DNA from: a virus | Virus record (IMG/VR): IMGVR_UViG_3300036770_001537 | Reading direction: 5' to 3' (one strand) | Length of the DNA stretch: 64,000 bases | Shown here: positions 39,111 to 49,122 of the stretch, piece after piece | How the letters are laid out: every line of letters starts with the position of its first letter | How positions within the stretch are numbered: position 1 is the first letter of the stretch | Position numbers and translations under genes: made by a program | Notes under the pieces: generated by a model | The model's database searches: none | Told to the model about the DNA's origin: nothing | What the model saw: only the letters and a program-made list of their open reading frames with translations

Positions 39111-39845
39111 TTAATCTTCTGCTTTTTCGCCACCAATCATTTTTAATGAATCGTCTAGTCTTAATAATTCTACTAGGTGTCCTGAACCAGCAAAATATAC
39201 ACCAGACTTTCTATTCAAAAGAAAAGTGTTCCTAGCATCATCAACTTTTTTAGCAAGTTTACCTGCTTTGTTTGGATATTCTTGCCAATTTTTAGGCCAT
39301 GATAAACTTTCACCTTTATTTAGAAACATATTAACATTTTCTTTTGTTGCTGGCAATTCTGACAATTTTATAAAATCTACATCCTTTTCACTACACATGG
39401 AGAGAAATTTTTTCAGAGTAGCATCATCAAACTCTCTATCTTTAAGATATGCAATTTTTTTCTGTGCCTTCATAATACTATCAAATATACTCATGGAAGG
39501 TCTGAGAAGGTTTTCTCTTTGATTATTTACTTTAGTATTAGCAAATAATGTGTATAGATATTCTGGCGGATATCCTTTGACAGTCTTTTCAAATTCATGA
39601 TCCCAAGACCCTTCATACTTAGATTTGTCACTAAATCCAGTTGTTGATGAAACATCTCCCCCATTACCTTCATACCAATAGCCATATTTACTACCAATTG
39701 TTTTAATTTTTTCAATCAACTCATCACTCAATATCAAAGGTTTCATGTGTTCCTTGCCGACATAAACTTTGTTTCCGTCAAATATCACGCCTCTTGGTGC
39801 TTCACTTTGTTTTTGTTCGTAAAGAAATTGTCTGAATGTTTTCAT
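39111..39845 (-). CDS. putative capsid-internal protein (MKTFRQFLYE)
   Basis: CTS-like start; G.EH, YEG, RN, GSGHL pattern reminiscent of TraB/EreA-like metallo-hydrolases (weak). Confidence 0.65.
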   Translation of the reverse strand: MKTFRQFLYEQKQSEAPRGVIFDGNKVYVGKEHMKPLILSDELIEKIKTIGSKYGYWYEGNGGDVSSTTGFSDKSKYEGSWDHEFEKTVKGYPPEYLYTLFANTKVNNQRENLLRPSMSIFDSIMKAQKKIAYLKDREFDDATLKKFLSMCSEKDVDFIKLSELPATKENVNMFLNKGESLSWPKNWQEYPNKAGKLAKKVDDARNTFLLNRKSGVYFAGSGHLVELLRLDDSLKMIGGEKAED

Positions 39846-40249
39846 ATTTTAAATTTTTCTAAGTGTTCTCTGGGTATAATTCTTACAGGTATAGTTTCAT
39901 GACCACCTTCAATCGCTTTACCCAATCTATGAGTGCCATCCAAAACGTGCAAAGAACCATCCGGTCTATGTGTGGCAATAATCGGATATTTAATATCTGC
40001 TTTATCGGTTCTCATTCTTTCATCTTTTTCAGATTCACTACCTTTTCTTGCTTCTATATTATCTGACATTGATTTAGGATCAAGATGTTGAACTGGATAT
40101 TTGTCTTTACCATCTTCATCCGTCTGTTCAGCATGAGCAATCAAATCTGAAACTTTGAATCTATATGATTCAGCATTATCACCTTCACCAAAACTAACAC
40201 CTGCTGTCGCATCTGTAGATTCTTTTATAAACTGTTTAAATGACATCAT
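39842..40249 (-). CDS. putative capsid-internal ParB/Srx-like protein (MMSFKQFIKE)
   Basis: ADIKYPII..VLDGTHRLGKA. Confidence 0.7.
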   Translation of the reverse strand: MMSFKQFIKESTDATAGVSFGEGDNAESYRFKVSDLIAHAEQTDEDGKDKYPVQHLDPKSMSDNIEARKGSESEKDERMRTDKADIKYPIIATHRPDGSLHVLDGTHRLGKAIEGGHETIPVRIIPREHLEKFKI

Positions 40250-40635
40250 TTCAGATGTGCCTTCCTTATTCGTGCAGAAAACCAATTGTTATAGTATTTA
40301 TCATCCAACAAACTGTCACGAACAATAATCTCTTTGGTTTCAAGGTAAGTGCACCAACCTTTACTCCTGCATAGATGAAGAATTTCTTTTCTTACTTCAT
40401 CACCATTCTTCACATCTTCATTCAACTGATCATTTGATCCAGTATATGTCATCCAATCAGATGAAACACGCATTCTCTTTTTCTTCTTATTTTTCTGATA
40501 AGTCTTTGATTTAGTAAATAATTTTTTACCAATATACTGCTTACCATTAGATAGATTGGTGATAAGATAGACAAATCCTACATTATCACCAATCATATCT
40601 TCTGTAAATTCATTTCCTTCATATAACCACATCAT
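40246..40635 (-). CDS. GIY-YIG family protein
   Basis: GFVYLITNL..QYIGKK, SDWMTYTGS, KEILHLC, YYNNW. Confidence 0.85.
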   Translation of the reverse strand: MMWLYEGNEFTEDMIGDNVGFVYLITNLSNGKQYIGKKLFTKSKTYQKNKKKKRMRVSSDWMTYTGSNDQLNEDVKNGDEVRKEILHLCRSKGWCTYLETKEIIVRDSLLDDKYYNNWFSARIRKAHLK

Positions 40636-41441
40636 ACAACTTTCAAATAATCTTTTATATTATACAATTTTGTCATGTATTGTGAAGGATTGTTTAGGAC
40701 ACTTTTCTCTAAATCGCCGTCTCTCCTGTCACAGAAATTAACTTTGAAATCTACATTATTAACTTCTTTGAATAATTTTACCATCTCTATAACAGAATAT
40801 CCTTCACCATGACCTAGATTCTCTATACTATTAGACGGGTTATTTATTGCCTTTTCAATAGAATGGCAAATTTCATTCACATGAACATAATCTCTTATAG
40901 GAGAACCGTCTTTTGTATTATAATCTGTACCATATAGATTGAAGGTTCCTGTGTTCTTTGCATTAATTAAATTCCACATTAGACCATCAGGATTAGTTGG
41001 TGATTTACAATCGGCACCTATGACATTATAAAATCTGAATATAGTATAGTTCATACAGTATTGTTTGACAATATCTTCAGCAACTCTTTTGCTTATGGCA
41101 TATGGACTACTAAGATATTCTGCTGCACCAGTGCTTGCAAGTATGAAAGATTTGGACCTTATACACGATAACACATTTTTAGTCCCATCTATATTAGTAT
41201 CATAATATAGAATTGGATTTATAACACTTTCGTTCACAGAAACTTTTGCTGCCAAATGTATTACACAATCAAACTCAATATCAATAAATGACGGAGAATA
41301 TCTAATATCTCTATTATATTGCTCTACAACAGGAATACTTGGCTCACAAATATCTAGACCATAAACAGAATATTTCTTATTTAAAAGGTTAGTTAGATGT
41401 GAGCCAATATATCCAGAATTACCAGTTATCAATATTTTCAT
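40632..41441 (-). CDS. NAD-dependent epimerase (GalE-like)
   Basis: TGNSGYIGSH, HLAA, YAISK, FRFYNV, RDYVHV. Confidence 0.9.
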   Translation of the reverse strand: MKILITGNSGYIGSHLTNLLNKKYSVYGLDICEPSIPVVEQYNRDIRYSPSFIDIEFDCVIHLAAKVSVNESVINPILYYDTNIDGTKNVLSCIRSKSFILASTGAAEYLSSPYAISKRVAEDIVKQYCMNYTIFRFYNVIGADCKSPTNPDGLMWNLINAKNTGTFNLYGTDYNTKDGSPIRDYVHVNEICHSIEKAINNPSNSIENLGHGEGYSVIEMVKLFKEVNNVDFKVNFCDRRDGDLEKSVLNNPSQYMTKLYNIKDYLKVV

Positions 41442-41446
41442 GAAAA

Positions 41447-41611
41447 TTAATCTTCAGATTCTTCAATATCTAATTTGTCATCATCATTATAAATTTCTGC
41501 GGAGCAGAATGGGCAAAACTTCGGATAACCCGAAGTATTGCTTAGATCATATACGAGTCTGTAACCAGACTCGCATTCGTTGCATTGATTGATTTCTATT
41601 TCTTTGGGCAT
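41447..41611 (-). CDS. small zinc-ribbon protein (54 aa)
   Basis: CNEC...CPFC and acidic tail; manual translation. Confidence 0.7.
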   Translation of the reverse strand: MPKEIEINQCNECESGYRLVYDLSNTSGYPKFCPFCSAEIYNDDDKLDIEESED

Positions 41612-41621
41612 CTATTCTTCC

Positions 41622-43574
41622 TTATACTATTTCGCATCCTCCTGCTGAACATGCCAACTCTTGACTACCAATAGTCATATCGCGAGTTTCAAACTTCTCA
41701 AGACTAGACCAATCTACAATCTGTGGCATTTTAGCAACTAATGCTTCATATTGTTCAACCGTGCAATCTTGATATGGTGCCTGAGCATAAACATGATCTG
41801 AGAATGGTAGGAATGAAACACCAGATAGTGAATCAAAATGTTTCCAGCACCATGCACCAACTTCAGGCCATTCATGTTCTTTGACAGAAATGGTAACTGA
41901 AGGTTTATGTTCACACCAACTGTTTTGATATGTCAACCATAGTTCAAGTTGTTCAATAGCAGTCATATCATCTCTATATATTGCTCCTTGTGGAGACTTG
42001 ATTGGAAATGAAAATACCCATGTATGATCTGGTTTGGTAACATCATCTTCATATGGGAAACCCATTTCAACCATCATTTGTGCTAGTGGGTCTTTCTTAT
42101 CTGCTCTTACAGTACGAATATAGTATGGAGAATGTCTTGCGTGAATACCAGAAGCAGTGTCTGTCAATTGTGAAACTGTTCCAGAAGGTTTTACACAAGT
42201 TGTTGCTGCTGATTGTGGAATGCCAATCTTCTCAGCCCATTCCTTGTTTGTATCAACGGCAACTTGTCTTAGTTGTGCTAGTAGTCTTTCATGTGTGTCA
42301 CCTTCATCTGCTTGATGTGTTTTCCACCATGTACCATTGGTGAACTCATTATCCATGATGCCTGTTAGAGATACACCAAGTAGTCTTTCTTCCTCACAAT
42401 TTTCTCTCCACTTCTTGGAGATATACTTGAAGTTTGTTAGTGTAGATTGTAGTGTTCCAAGAATTGTGGCAAGACGAACTTTTTCACGCAAATCCATTTC
42501 ATTATCAGAAGCACGTACCACGACTTCTGTTAGATTACAGAACTCACGATTACGAAGAATGATTTCAGAACAAGGATTTGTACCAAACTCATGGTTAGAA
42601 TCCCGACGACCAAACTTCTCAGCCTGCTTTTGTGATGCAGTTCTAGAGAAAATTCCTCGTTCACCAGAGCGTGATTCATATAGTGATAGCCATTCTTTCA
42701 TAAACACACCAACATCAATCTTTTCTTTGGCAACATATGAATTGTTAGCCAATGCACGTTGTACGTTATCTTCCCACCATGCACCAGATTTTGCTGTACG
42801 CATACGGTCATCAGAAAGATCAGATAGTGAAATAAGTGCAGAACGACGAACACCACCGACAACAACAATTTCTGCAATCTTACAAACAATATCATGACAT
42901 TCTAGTGATGTTAGTTTACGTCCGGCAGCCTTCTTGAAAATAGCAACACAGAATTTGAATAGTGCAACAAGTGGATCAGGACCAGATGCACGACCACCAA
43001 ATGTTTTGAGTGGTGCACCAGCAGGTCTTACTTTTGACACATCCCATTGTGGAATCTGACCTGAATATAGAAGATGAATAAGTTCTTTTAGTGCCTTGGC
43101 CCATCCTAGTTTAGAATCTGCAACTACGATGGTTGTATCCGACAGATGAAAATCATCAGCAATTACAGGTAGTTGTTCTGTATATTTTTGTTCTACAGAA
43201 AAACCTACACCAGTTCCATTCATGAGAATATAAAGAATCTCATCAAATGAACGTGGAGAATCTACGGCAACATAAGAACAATTATAACCCGCAACATTTT
43301 CTCTCTTTAGTGCTTCACCTGCTGTCATAAGACAACGCATAGAAGGCATAACTTTGAGTGCAAGAACAGCATCTTCCAATTCTCGTCTTACACTCTTTTT
43401 GAGAGTAAAGTTATTATTTTCACGCAGATGTTCTTCAAAGAAATCAAAATATCGTGCTACAGTCTCGGGCCATGTTTCACGACGATTCTTTTCTGGTAGC
43501 CATCTTGAATAACGTGATAGATGGATATATTGCATGTATGTCGTCATGCCATAATTGTCTTTATTTACATTCAT
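41622..43574 (-). CDS. nrdJ: class II (AdoCbl-dependent) ribonucleotide reductase
   Basis: SRYSRW, MPSMR, YNCS, VVGGVRRSA, GTNPCSEI, FCNLTE, TCVKPSGT, EHKPS, C-terminal CSAGGC. Confidence 0.95.
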   Translation of the reverse strand: MNVNKDNYGMTTYMQYIHLSRYSRWLPEKNRRETWPETVARYFDFFEEHLRENNNFTLKKSVRRELEDAVLALKVMPSMRCLMTAGEALKRENVAGYNCSYVAVDSPRSFDEILYILMNGTGVGFSVEQKYTEQLPVIADDFHLSDTTIVVADSKLGWAKALKELIHLLYSGQIPQWDVSKVRPAGAPLKTFGGRASGPDPLVALFKFCVAIFKKAAGRKLTSLECHDIVCKIAEIVVVGGVRRSALISLSDLSDDRMRTAKSGAWWEDNVQRALANNSYVAKEKIDVGVFMKEWLSLYESRSGERGIFSRTASQKQAEKFGRRDSNHEFGTNPCSEIILRNREFCNLTEVVVRASDNEMDLREKVRLATILGTLQSTLTNFKYISKKWRENCEEERLLGVSLTGIMDNEFTNGTWWKTHQADEGDTHERLLAQLRQVAVDTNKEWAEKIGIPQSAATTCVKPSGTVSQLTDTASGIHARHSPYYIRTVRADKKDPLAQMMVEMGFPYEDDVTKPDHTWVFSFPIKSPQGAIYRDDMTAIEQLELWLTYQNSWCEHKPSVTISVKEHEWPEVGAWCWKHFDSLSGVSFLPFSDHVYAQAPYQDCTVEQYEALVAKMPQIVDWSSLEKFETRDMTIGSQELACSAGGCEIV

Positions 43575-44145
43575 CTTTGAAATTCTCCGTAATTGTTTTA
43601 CATATTTCTAGAAATTTATCGTGTGATAAATCCCATTTGATGGTATTAACGTCTTTGTGGACCCATTGAACATTGTTTTCAATATATCCAATTTTACTAT
43701 CTATTCTATCTAAACTTGCTGTTCCTCGTATTTTACTGTTGCCGAAGTGTAATTCATAACCAGTATATACACACTTTTTATTCTGTCTTACATATAGTCC
43801 ATCTAAAAATTCTCTTGTAATGTCAAATGTAATTTTTCTTTTTTCTGCTGATTTTTTCAATTTCAAAAAATACATAGATGGAATATTTTCTATGTTAGAA
43901 TCTTTCCAATTGAAACTATTTGAACCGCAGAATCTATCTTTTACACATGAAGAACAGCCATGCTGCATCTTACCTATTATTTTTGTATAGCTCAAATTTT
44001 TTACTGTATTGCAAAATATACACTCGACTTTCCAGTATGGCTGCTTTTGTCCGCTAGGAAAAAGTCTCATTTCATGAAATCCTAGAACCTTATAACAACC
44101 CACGGTTTTTCCTTCATAATCTACATTTTTGTGAATACAATTCAT
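43561..44145 (-). CDS. free-standing HNH-type homing endonuclease
   Basis: CVYTG, ASLDRIDSKIGY..NVQWVHKDVNTIK; inserted between thyX and nrdJ. Confidence 0.85.
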   Translation of the reverse strand: MNCIHKNVDYEGKTVGCYKVLGFHEMRLFPSGQKQPYWKVECIFCNTVKNLSYTKIIGKMQHGCSSCVKDRFCGSNSFNWKDSNIENIPSMYFLKLKKSAEKRKITFDITREFLDGLYVRQNKKCVYTGYELHFGNSKIRGTASLDRIDSKIGYIENNVQWVHKDVNTIKWDLSHDKFLEICKTITENFKDECK

Positions 44146-44156
44146 AACTGTTCCTC

Positions 44157-44203
44157 CTAAATATCAAGGGTTCATTTTATATATAGTAACCCTTGATATT
44201 TAG
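44157..44203 (-). promoter_or_regulatory. 16-bp inverted repeat abutting the endonuclease RBS
   Basis: ctaaatatcaagggtt / aacccttgatatttag with AT-rich loop. Confidence 0.7.
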
Positions 44204-44218
44204 TATTCCATAAAGTTT

Positions 44219-44899
44219 TTACAAATTCCAATTTCCATCTTCGTCTGTTTCAATTTTTCTCAAAAAAGGAAATTCTTTCATCAAAAGATATTTACACTCT
44301 TTGGCAATTTCTTGATGTTCTTTTTGTGTCCCATTCTTCTCACGAAGATTAATGTAAGTTAACCAAGACCTCAAACTTCCGGCCATATACAATCTACTGT
44401 TTGTAATACCTTCTGGTAATACTGCTCTTGCTTGTTCTTTGGCAATACCATTATCAATAGCCCACTGATAAGCAAGTCCAGTTTCATGTATGATTTGATC
44501 TTGTTTTTGTTTCCATTGACGTTGAAGAATCTCGTCGTCTGTCTCAATGGAGTTTTGTCGATTTTTCTTGTCTTGAAGACGTGCTTCTCTGACTGTAAAT
44601 CCTAATTGTGATGCATCAGCATAACGCTGACTAAATTCTTGAAAAGAAAATGATCTATGCCTTAGAATCTGCCTGGCAATGTCGCGTGTTGTATTTAGTT
44701 CCATGACGATTTGGACCATCTCAAAAATAGACCAATGTTGATTACGAATACAGTATTGTAGAAGTTTTTCGGATGTTTGTGTGTTTGTTTGGTTCTTAGG
44801 ATTTGATACCCGAGCACAATAGGAAATCAAATCCTCAGCAGTCATAAGTAAATGTTCGTTGGGAACAGGTTTGGTTACGGCAATCAATTTTACACTCAT
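44219..44899 (-). CDS. thyX: flavin-dependent thymidylate synthase
   Basis: CARVSNP, HWSIFEM, RQILRHRSFSFQEFSQRY, ARAVLP, TQKEH. Confidence 0.96.
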   Translation of the reverse strand: MSVKLIAVTKPVPNEHLLMTAEDLISYCARVSNPKNQTNTQTSEKLLQYCIRNQHWSIFEMVQIVMELNTTRDIARQILRHRSFSFQEFSQRYADASQLGFTVREARLQDKKNRQNSIETDDEILQRQWKQKQDQIIHETGLAYQWAIDNGIAKEQARAVLPEGITNSRLYMAGSLRSWLTYINLREKNGTQKEHQEIAKECKYLLMKEFPFLRKIETDEDGNWNL

Positions 44900-45909
44900 A
44901 ATTTTCTCCACATTTCAAATTGAAGTTTGGCTTTGAGTCCTTGATATGTATTAGAGTCTATAATATGCAGAAGTTCACTACTCGTAATACCAGACATAAC
45001 CATATCATTTATATCTTTCTCTTGAGTATATGTCGGCCAGATACAAACTTTATGGTCTGTTTCTATTGACCTGCTAATTTGTTTGACGATGGCAGAATTT
45101 CTTGGTTCATTGTCGTGTATAAAAATGTAATCATGATCGCCAAGAATAGTGGTAATTGTATATAGTGAAGCGTCCATTGTAGCAATACAGTTGGGAATAA
45201 ACATGCTATCAATTGGACCCTCAACAACATATACAGGCTTGGTTAGATCAACATGATTAAGACCAAAAATCTTCATGGCATCATCATTACTCTTGATTGT
45301 GATATACTTGATCTTTGAATCGGTTACAGTTCTACCTTGAACTCCAAGTAGATTATTGTCTTGATCGTAGAATGGTAGCACAATCCTCTTATCGTTATCA
45401 ACTAGTTTCTTGTTATAATTGGGAAAAGTTTCTTTGATGAAAGACTTATAGTCATCAGTATAATAAATTTCAGTAAGTCTTTCGGCTGGAACCTTTCTAT
45501 CTAGAATATACTTCTTACCAAAATGTGAGTCGGGCAACTCTGCAATTGAGGGAATACTGAAAGATTTCTTCTTATTAAAGACTGGTTTTCCTGCTGCCAT
45601 AGAGAAATCGGGTTTGGCAACATTACCACCAGATTGATTCTTATAAGTTTCAAGTTGATATTGAGAAAATAGATGTGGGTCTAACGTCTTGAGAAAATTG
45701 CCAAAAGACATAGATGCTCCGCAGTTATGACATAGGTATGAAATGTTGCTTTTCTTGCGATAGAAATAGCCACGGCACCTATGCTTATTTTTCTTGGAAT
45801 CTCCGCATAGAGGACAACGGAAGTTCCAGAGATAATCATTCTTCTGAGTAAATTTTTCTAGTCTGGTTGAGATGAGAGAGATGAATTGTTTATCAGTGTA
45901 GACAGACAT
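44896..45909 (-). CDS. gp61: DNA primase gp61
   Basis: NFRCPLCGDS..CHNC, QGR, VVEGPIDSMF, DNEPRN, KDINDM. Confidence 0.96.
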   Translation of the reverse strand: MSVYTDKQFISLISTRLEKFTQKNDYLWNFRCPLCGDSKKNKHRCRGYFYRKKSNISYLCHNCGASMSFGNFLKTLDPHLFSQYQLETYKNQSGGNVAKPDFSMAAGKPVFNKKKSFSIPSIAELPDSHFGKKYILDRKVPAERLTEIYYTDDYKSFIKETFPNYNKKLVDNDKRIVLPFYDQDNNLLGVQGRTVTDSKIKYITIKSNDDAMKIFGLNHVDLTKPVYVVEGPIDSMFIPNCIATMDASLYTITTILGDHDYIFIHDNEPRNSAIVKQISRSIETDHKVCIWPTYTQEKDINDMVMSGITSSELLHIIDSNTYQGLKAKLQFEMWRKL

Positions 45910-45963
45910 CTGTGGAACTCCTTCAAGTAAAGAGTTCTACTATACACTACAATATGTTGTTTG

Positions 45964-46383
45964 TCAATGGAAAATTTTGGCTATATCTATGACTTTAGAT
46001 AGGATGAATGTTCCAAGAATAGCACCACCAACTACCATATATCTCCACTTGTTGATGTCTCCCATTTTGGTAGTCAACTCGTTTCTTAGTTCGTGTATTT
46101 CACTGAGAATGATGCGTTCGGTACTAGTAATCCTTTCGTGAAGATCAGTAATATCTTTATTATGCTCTTTACGATGTGCCTCTAAGTTATGTTCAATATC
46201 TTTATTGATTTTTTCTTGGTTAGAAAATTTTTGTTCTTGCAAGTAAACGATCCTGGAAATATCTGATGCTACGGTCTGCATTTTATTAATGGTTTCATCA
46301 AATTTGCCATAAAGTTTTGACAGAAGTTCAACGTCTTTTTTGAGAAGTTCAATTTCAATTTTTTGATCGTAATCTTCTGCCAT
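45964..46383 (-). CDS. coiled-coil protein with C-terminal TM helix
   Basis: KWRYMVVGGAILGTFIL. Confidence 0.75.
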   Translation of the reverse strand: MAEDYDQKIEIELLKKDVELLSKLYGKFDETINKMQTVASDISRIVYLQEQKFSNQEKINKDIEHNLEAHRKEHNKDITDLHERITSTERIILSEIHELRNELTTKMGDINKWRYMVVGGAILGTFILSKVIDIAKIFH

Positions 46384-46395
46384 TTTTCTTATTCC

Positions 46396-47265
46396 TTATT
46401 TTTTATTTGTCCATAGAGGTTTTTCTGGTAAAGGGTCTCTATGTTCTGGTGATATAAGTGTCTGTGGTATTTGCCTTTCAGCATAATCTGCCAATGGTCC
46501 CGACATATTTCTAGTAGAAACATAACCGCCTTCACCTGCTTCTCTTGATATTCCGGTTTTAGGATCATGAATGTTATATACAATTCCTGGAAATTTTTCA
46601 GGATTTGTTCTCATATGTAAAGACATAGCATGAGCACCTTCAGACCTTGAACTGTTAGTTAATTTGATTTTGCCGTTACTGTTAGCATATACTCCTCCAT
46701 GATTAAAAATGGCATATTTACCAGACTTACCATTCATTAACATATAATAAGCATGGGCAACAAACCCCTTTGGTCCTCCCTCTCTACCACGAGTAAATAA
46801 GTTTGAATGGAGTTCTTCATCCGGATTGTGTTCAGATTGTAACACGCGAGATTCTATATGTGCATTAACGTGTCCCGTTTTTCTATCTGTAAATAAAGTA
46901 GTTCTTTCTGTTGCTCCAGGAATATCCGGATGTTTCTCATTAAATATATGGATTAAATGTTTACCATCTCCAGCATCATGTGTGATATCAGGTTTTCTAC
47001 CAAAATCAGATATAAAATCATCAAAATGTGTGTCTTCGGGCATTTTATCGCCTGTACTAATATTATTCCTTCTTTCTTCAAAGATAGCCTTCCTTCTCAT
47101 AACCACAGAAGTTTGATTATCTTGAATTTCTTTCTGTTTCTTCTTAGAAACTCCAGGCTCACCCCAATTAGCAGGTTTATCAGGAGGATTAACACCAACA
47201 CCAGGAATGGCACCTGATCCAACAGAATTGGCAATTTCTTCTCTTAGTGTTTTGAATTTCTTCAT
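46396..47265 (-). CDS. putative capsid-internal protein (MKKFKTLREE), possible GNAT-like C-domain
   Basis: CTS-like start; ANSVGSGAIPG..EPGV module. Confidence 0.6.
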   Translation of the reverse strand: MKKFKTLREEIANSVGSGAIPGVGVNPPDKPANWGEPGVSKKKQKEIQDNQTSVVMRRKAIFEERRNNISTGDKMPEDTHFDDFISDFGRKPDITHDAGDGKHLIHIFNEKHPDIPGATERTTLFTDRKTGHVNAHIESRVLQSEHNPDEELHSNLFTRGREGGPKGFVAHAYYMLMNGKSGKYAIFNHGGVYANSNGKIKLTNSSRSEGAHAMSLHMRTNPEKFPGIVYNIHDPKTGISREAGEGGYVSTRNMSGPLADYAERQIPQTLISPEHRDPLPEKPLWTNKK

Positions 47266-47283
47266 CTTTCTATCATTTTCCTC

Positions 47284-47311
47284 TTGACAACCTTGACAAG
47301 CACTATATAAT
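47284..47311 (+). promoter_or_regulatory. sigma70-type promoter antisense to the late block
   Basis: TTGACA-16-TATAAT, intergenic. Confidence 0.5.
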
Positions 47312-47339
47312 GGCTATGTCAGCCCTTCAATGAATACTA

Positions 47340-47726
47340 TTAGATACTTCTTAGTCTCTTAGCTACTTCTAAGTCTATTCCAATATCACTTGAGTTTATA
47401 TCACTTCCATTGATTCCATAGATGATCTTAGGAATATAGTTCAAGTATAATAAGAATGTCTTGAGTATATGATAATCTTTACTATCAAATCTAAAGAATA
47501 ACATTCTTACAGTTGCTTCTGTTCCAAAAACATTAGAAAGAACAATGATATGATTAAGTATCAATCGTTCTTTCAAGTCACCAGTTACTTTATATTTTCT
47601 AATCAATCTCTTGACATACTTAATTCTTTTTAAGTCTCCTTCAAATTCAGACATAATACAGTTAGGAGTATTATATGATTTCATTGCATAGATCAAGAAA
47701 TTATCATCAGTCAGGTTATCAATCAT
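47340..47726 (-). CDS. conserved T4-like hypothetical protein
   Basis: NFLIYAMKSY..EFEGDLKRIKYVKRL..ERLILNHIIVL.NVFG. Confidence 0.85.
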   Translation of the reverse strand: MIDNLTDDNFLIYAMKSYNTPNCIMSEFEGDLKRIKYVKRLIRKYKVTGDLKERLILNHIIVLSNVFGTEATVRMLFFRFDSKDYHILKTFLLYLNYIPKIIYGINGSDINSSDIGIDLEVAKRLRSI

Positions 47727-47729
47727 TAA

Positions 47730-48197
47730 TTACTTTAGTCGTTCTTCTTTCTCATCTTCTACGTCATTTACATCATCTTCCATTTCATCAAGTAATTCAT
47801 CAAGTTCTTCTTGATTTACAATCTCACAGAACACATCATATCTACCTGTACCGTTCATTAGGTATTCAAAATAGATATGATATGGAGTTTCTACTTTTGT
47901 TACTACTGTACCATCATTTTTCATACCCATTAATTCACCAAACTGATTCAGGTCAAATACCTGAACACCATGATTACCCTCAAGATATGGAACTTTAGGA
48001 AGATGAAAGTGAAAGTTGGCTAATACCTTTGCTACTCTTTCTAGTCCAATGTAGGGAGTAACAAAACTACAGGCTAGAGCATTAGTCAAAAGATTATTGA
48101 TATTTTCCTTGACAGGATTGTTATCAATACCGATTTCGCCTCTTTCTACATTCTGTGTTAGATCAACTTCTTCTGTAATTCTTCTGAGTTTAATCAT
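47730..48197 (-). CDS. hypothetical late protein (MIKLRRITEE)
   Basis: ORF in late operon; CTS-like start. Confidence 0.7.
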   Translation of the reverse strand: MIKLRRITEEVDLTQNVERGEIGIDNNPVKENINNLLTNALACSFVTPYIGLERVAKVLANFHFHLPKVPYLEGNHGVQVFDLNQFGELMGMKNDGTVVTKVETPYHIYFEYLMNGTGRYDVFCEIVNQEELDELLDEMEDDVNDVEDEKEERLK

Positions 48198-48212
48198 GGT
48201 GCTATCTTTCTA

Positions 48213-48821
48213 TTATACGCCGGTAAAGTAGACGTTATCCTTTGGATCGTCTTGAGTGATAGAACCCATAGCAATAAGTGTTTCTGTTTGGATTCTGCCA
48301 GCACGACCACCTAGAACAACTGTAAATGTAGGTAGTGTGGTGTAATCACCTGAATCTGTATCAATTGTGATATCAGAAGCATTAGACCAACCAGAACCAC
48401 CATCTACAACAGTAATTGTGTTGATGACATTGAGTTGTGAATTGGTTGAGTATGATTCAAGTGTATTTTGTGAGTTGGCAATAGTGAATGAAATATTTGC
48501 ACCAGTGCCTGTGCCATGAACTGAAGCATCTGTTAGAAGAAGGAAACCGGCAGTATTGACACCTGCACCACCAGAAGCAGATACAGAAACTACTGGACCT
48601 GTTCCTACTTTTAGTGAAACCCAACCAGCATGTGTTGGATGTTGTGGTGTGCCAGCAGAAGTAGTTTCTTCTGTAGCAGAAACACCAGCAACTACGCCAT
48701 AATACTTGACAGTATTTGCTACTGAATCGTGAATGGTTGAAGTTGATGTTACGTTATTAGTATTCGCATATAATGGCTTATTATTGCCAGTATCATAATC
48801 TTTGTTACCCCATAAGCTCAT
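48213..48821 (-). CDS. virion structural protein
   Basis: MSLWGNKD, HAGWV, GRAGRIQTETLIAMGSI. Confidence 0.75.
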   Translation of the reverse strand: MSLWGNKDYDTGNNKPLYANTNNVTSTSTIHDSVANTVKYYGVVAGVSATEETTSAGTPQHPTHAGWVSLKVGTGPVVSVSASGGAGVNTAGFLLLTDASVHGTGTGANISFTIANSQNTLESYSTNSQLNVINTITVVDGGSGWSNASDITIDTDSGDYTTLPTFTVVLGGRAGRIQTETLIAMGSITQDDPKDNVYFTGV

Positions 48822-48855
48822 TTCTTGTTACTCCTTGAGTTTTAGTTTTATATAT

Positions 48856-49122
48856 TTATCTGCTTTGTCCCACGAGGTCTTCTTTTTCAGGATTGACAGT
48901 AATAGTGTCTGCTGATGTATGTGGGACTACTTTTTCTTTCTTTTTAGTATCTGTATTAGCATCACCATTCATGTTGCCATCTTCGGCAACAAGACTTCTT
49001 TTCATCTTTCTACGATAACGAGGCTTCCTGGGCATTTCGGAACCTCCACGCCCAAGAAGTGCTTCATTTACTTTCTCTTTAGCCATCTCTTTGATGAGAG
49101 ATACAAGTTTTGACGTTTTCAT
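48856..49122 (-). CDS. putative capsid-internal protein
   Basis: MKTSKLVSLIKE; coupled. Confidence 0.6.
   Translation of the reverse strand: MKTSKLVSLIKEMAKEKVNEALLGRGGSEMPRKPRYRRKMKRSLVAEDGNMNGDANTDTKKKEKVVPHTSADTITVNPEKEDLVGQSR

Noticed and set aside
41622-45909. Intron or intein in nrdJ, thyX or primase
   Set aside because: ORFs are continuous and of normal length with no intein motifs; the endonuclease is intergenic
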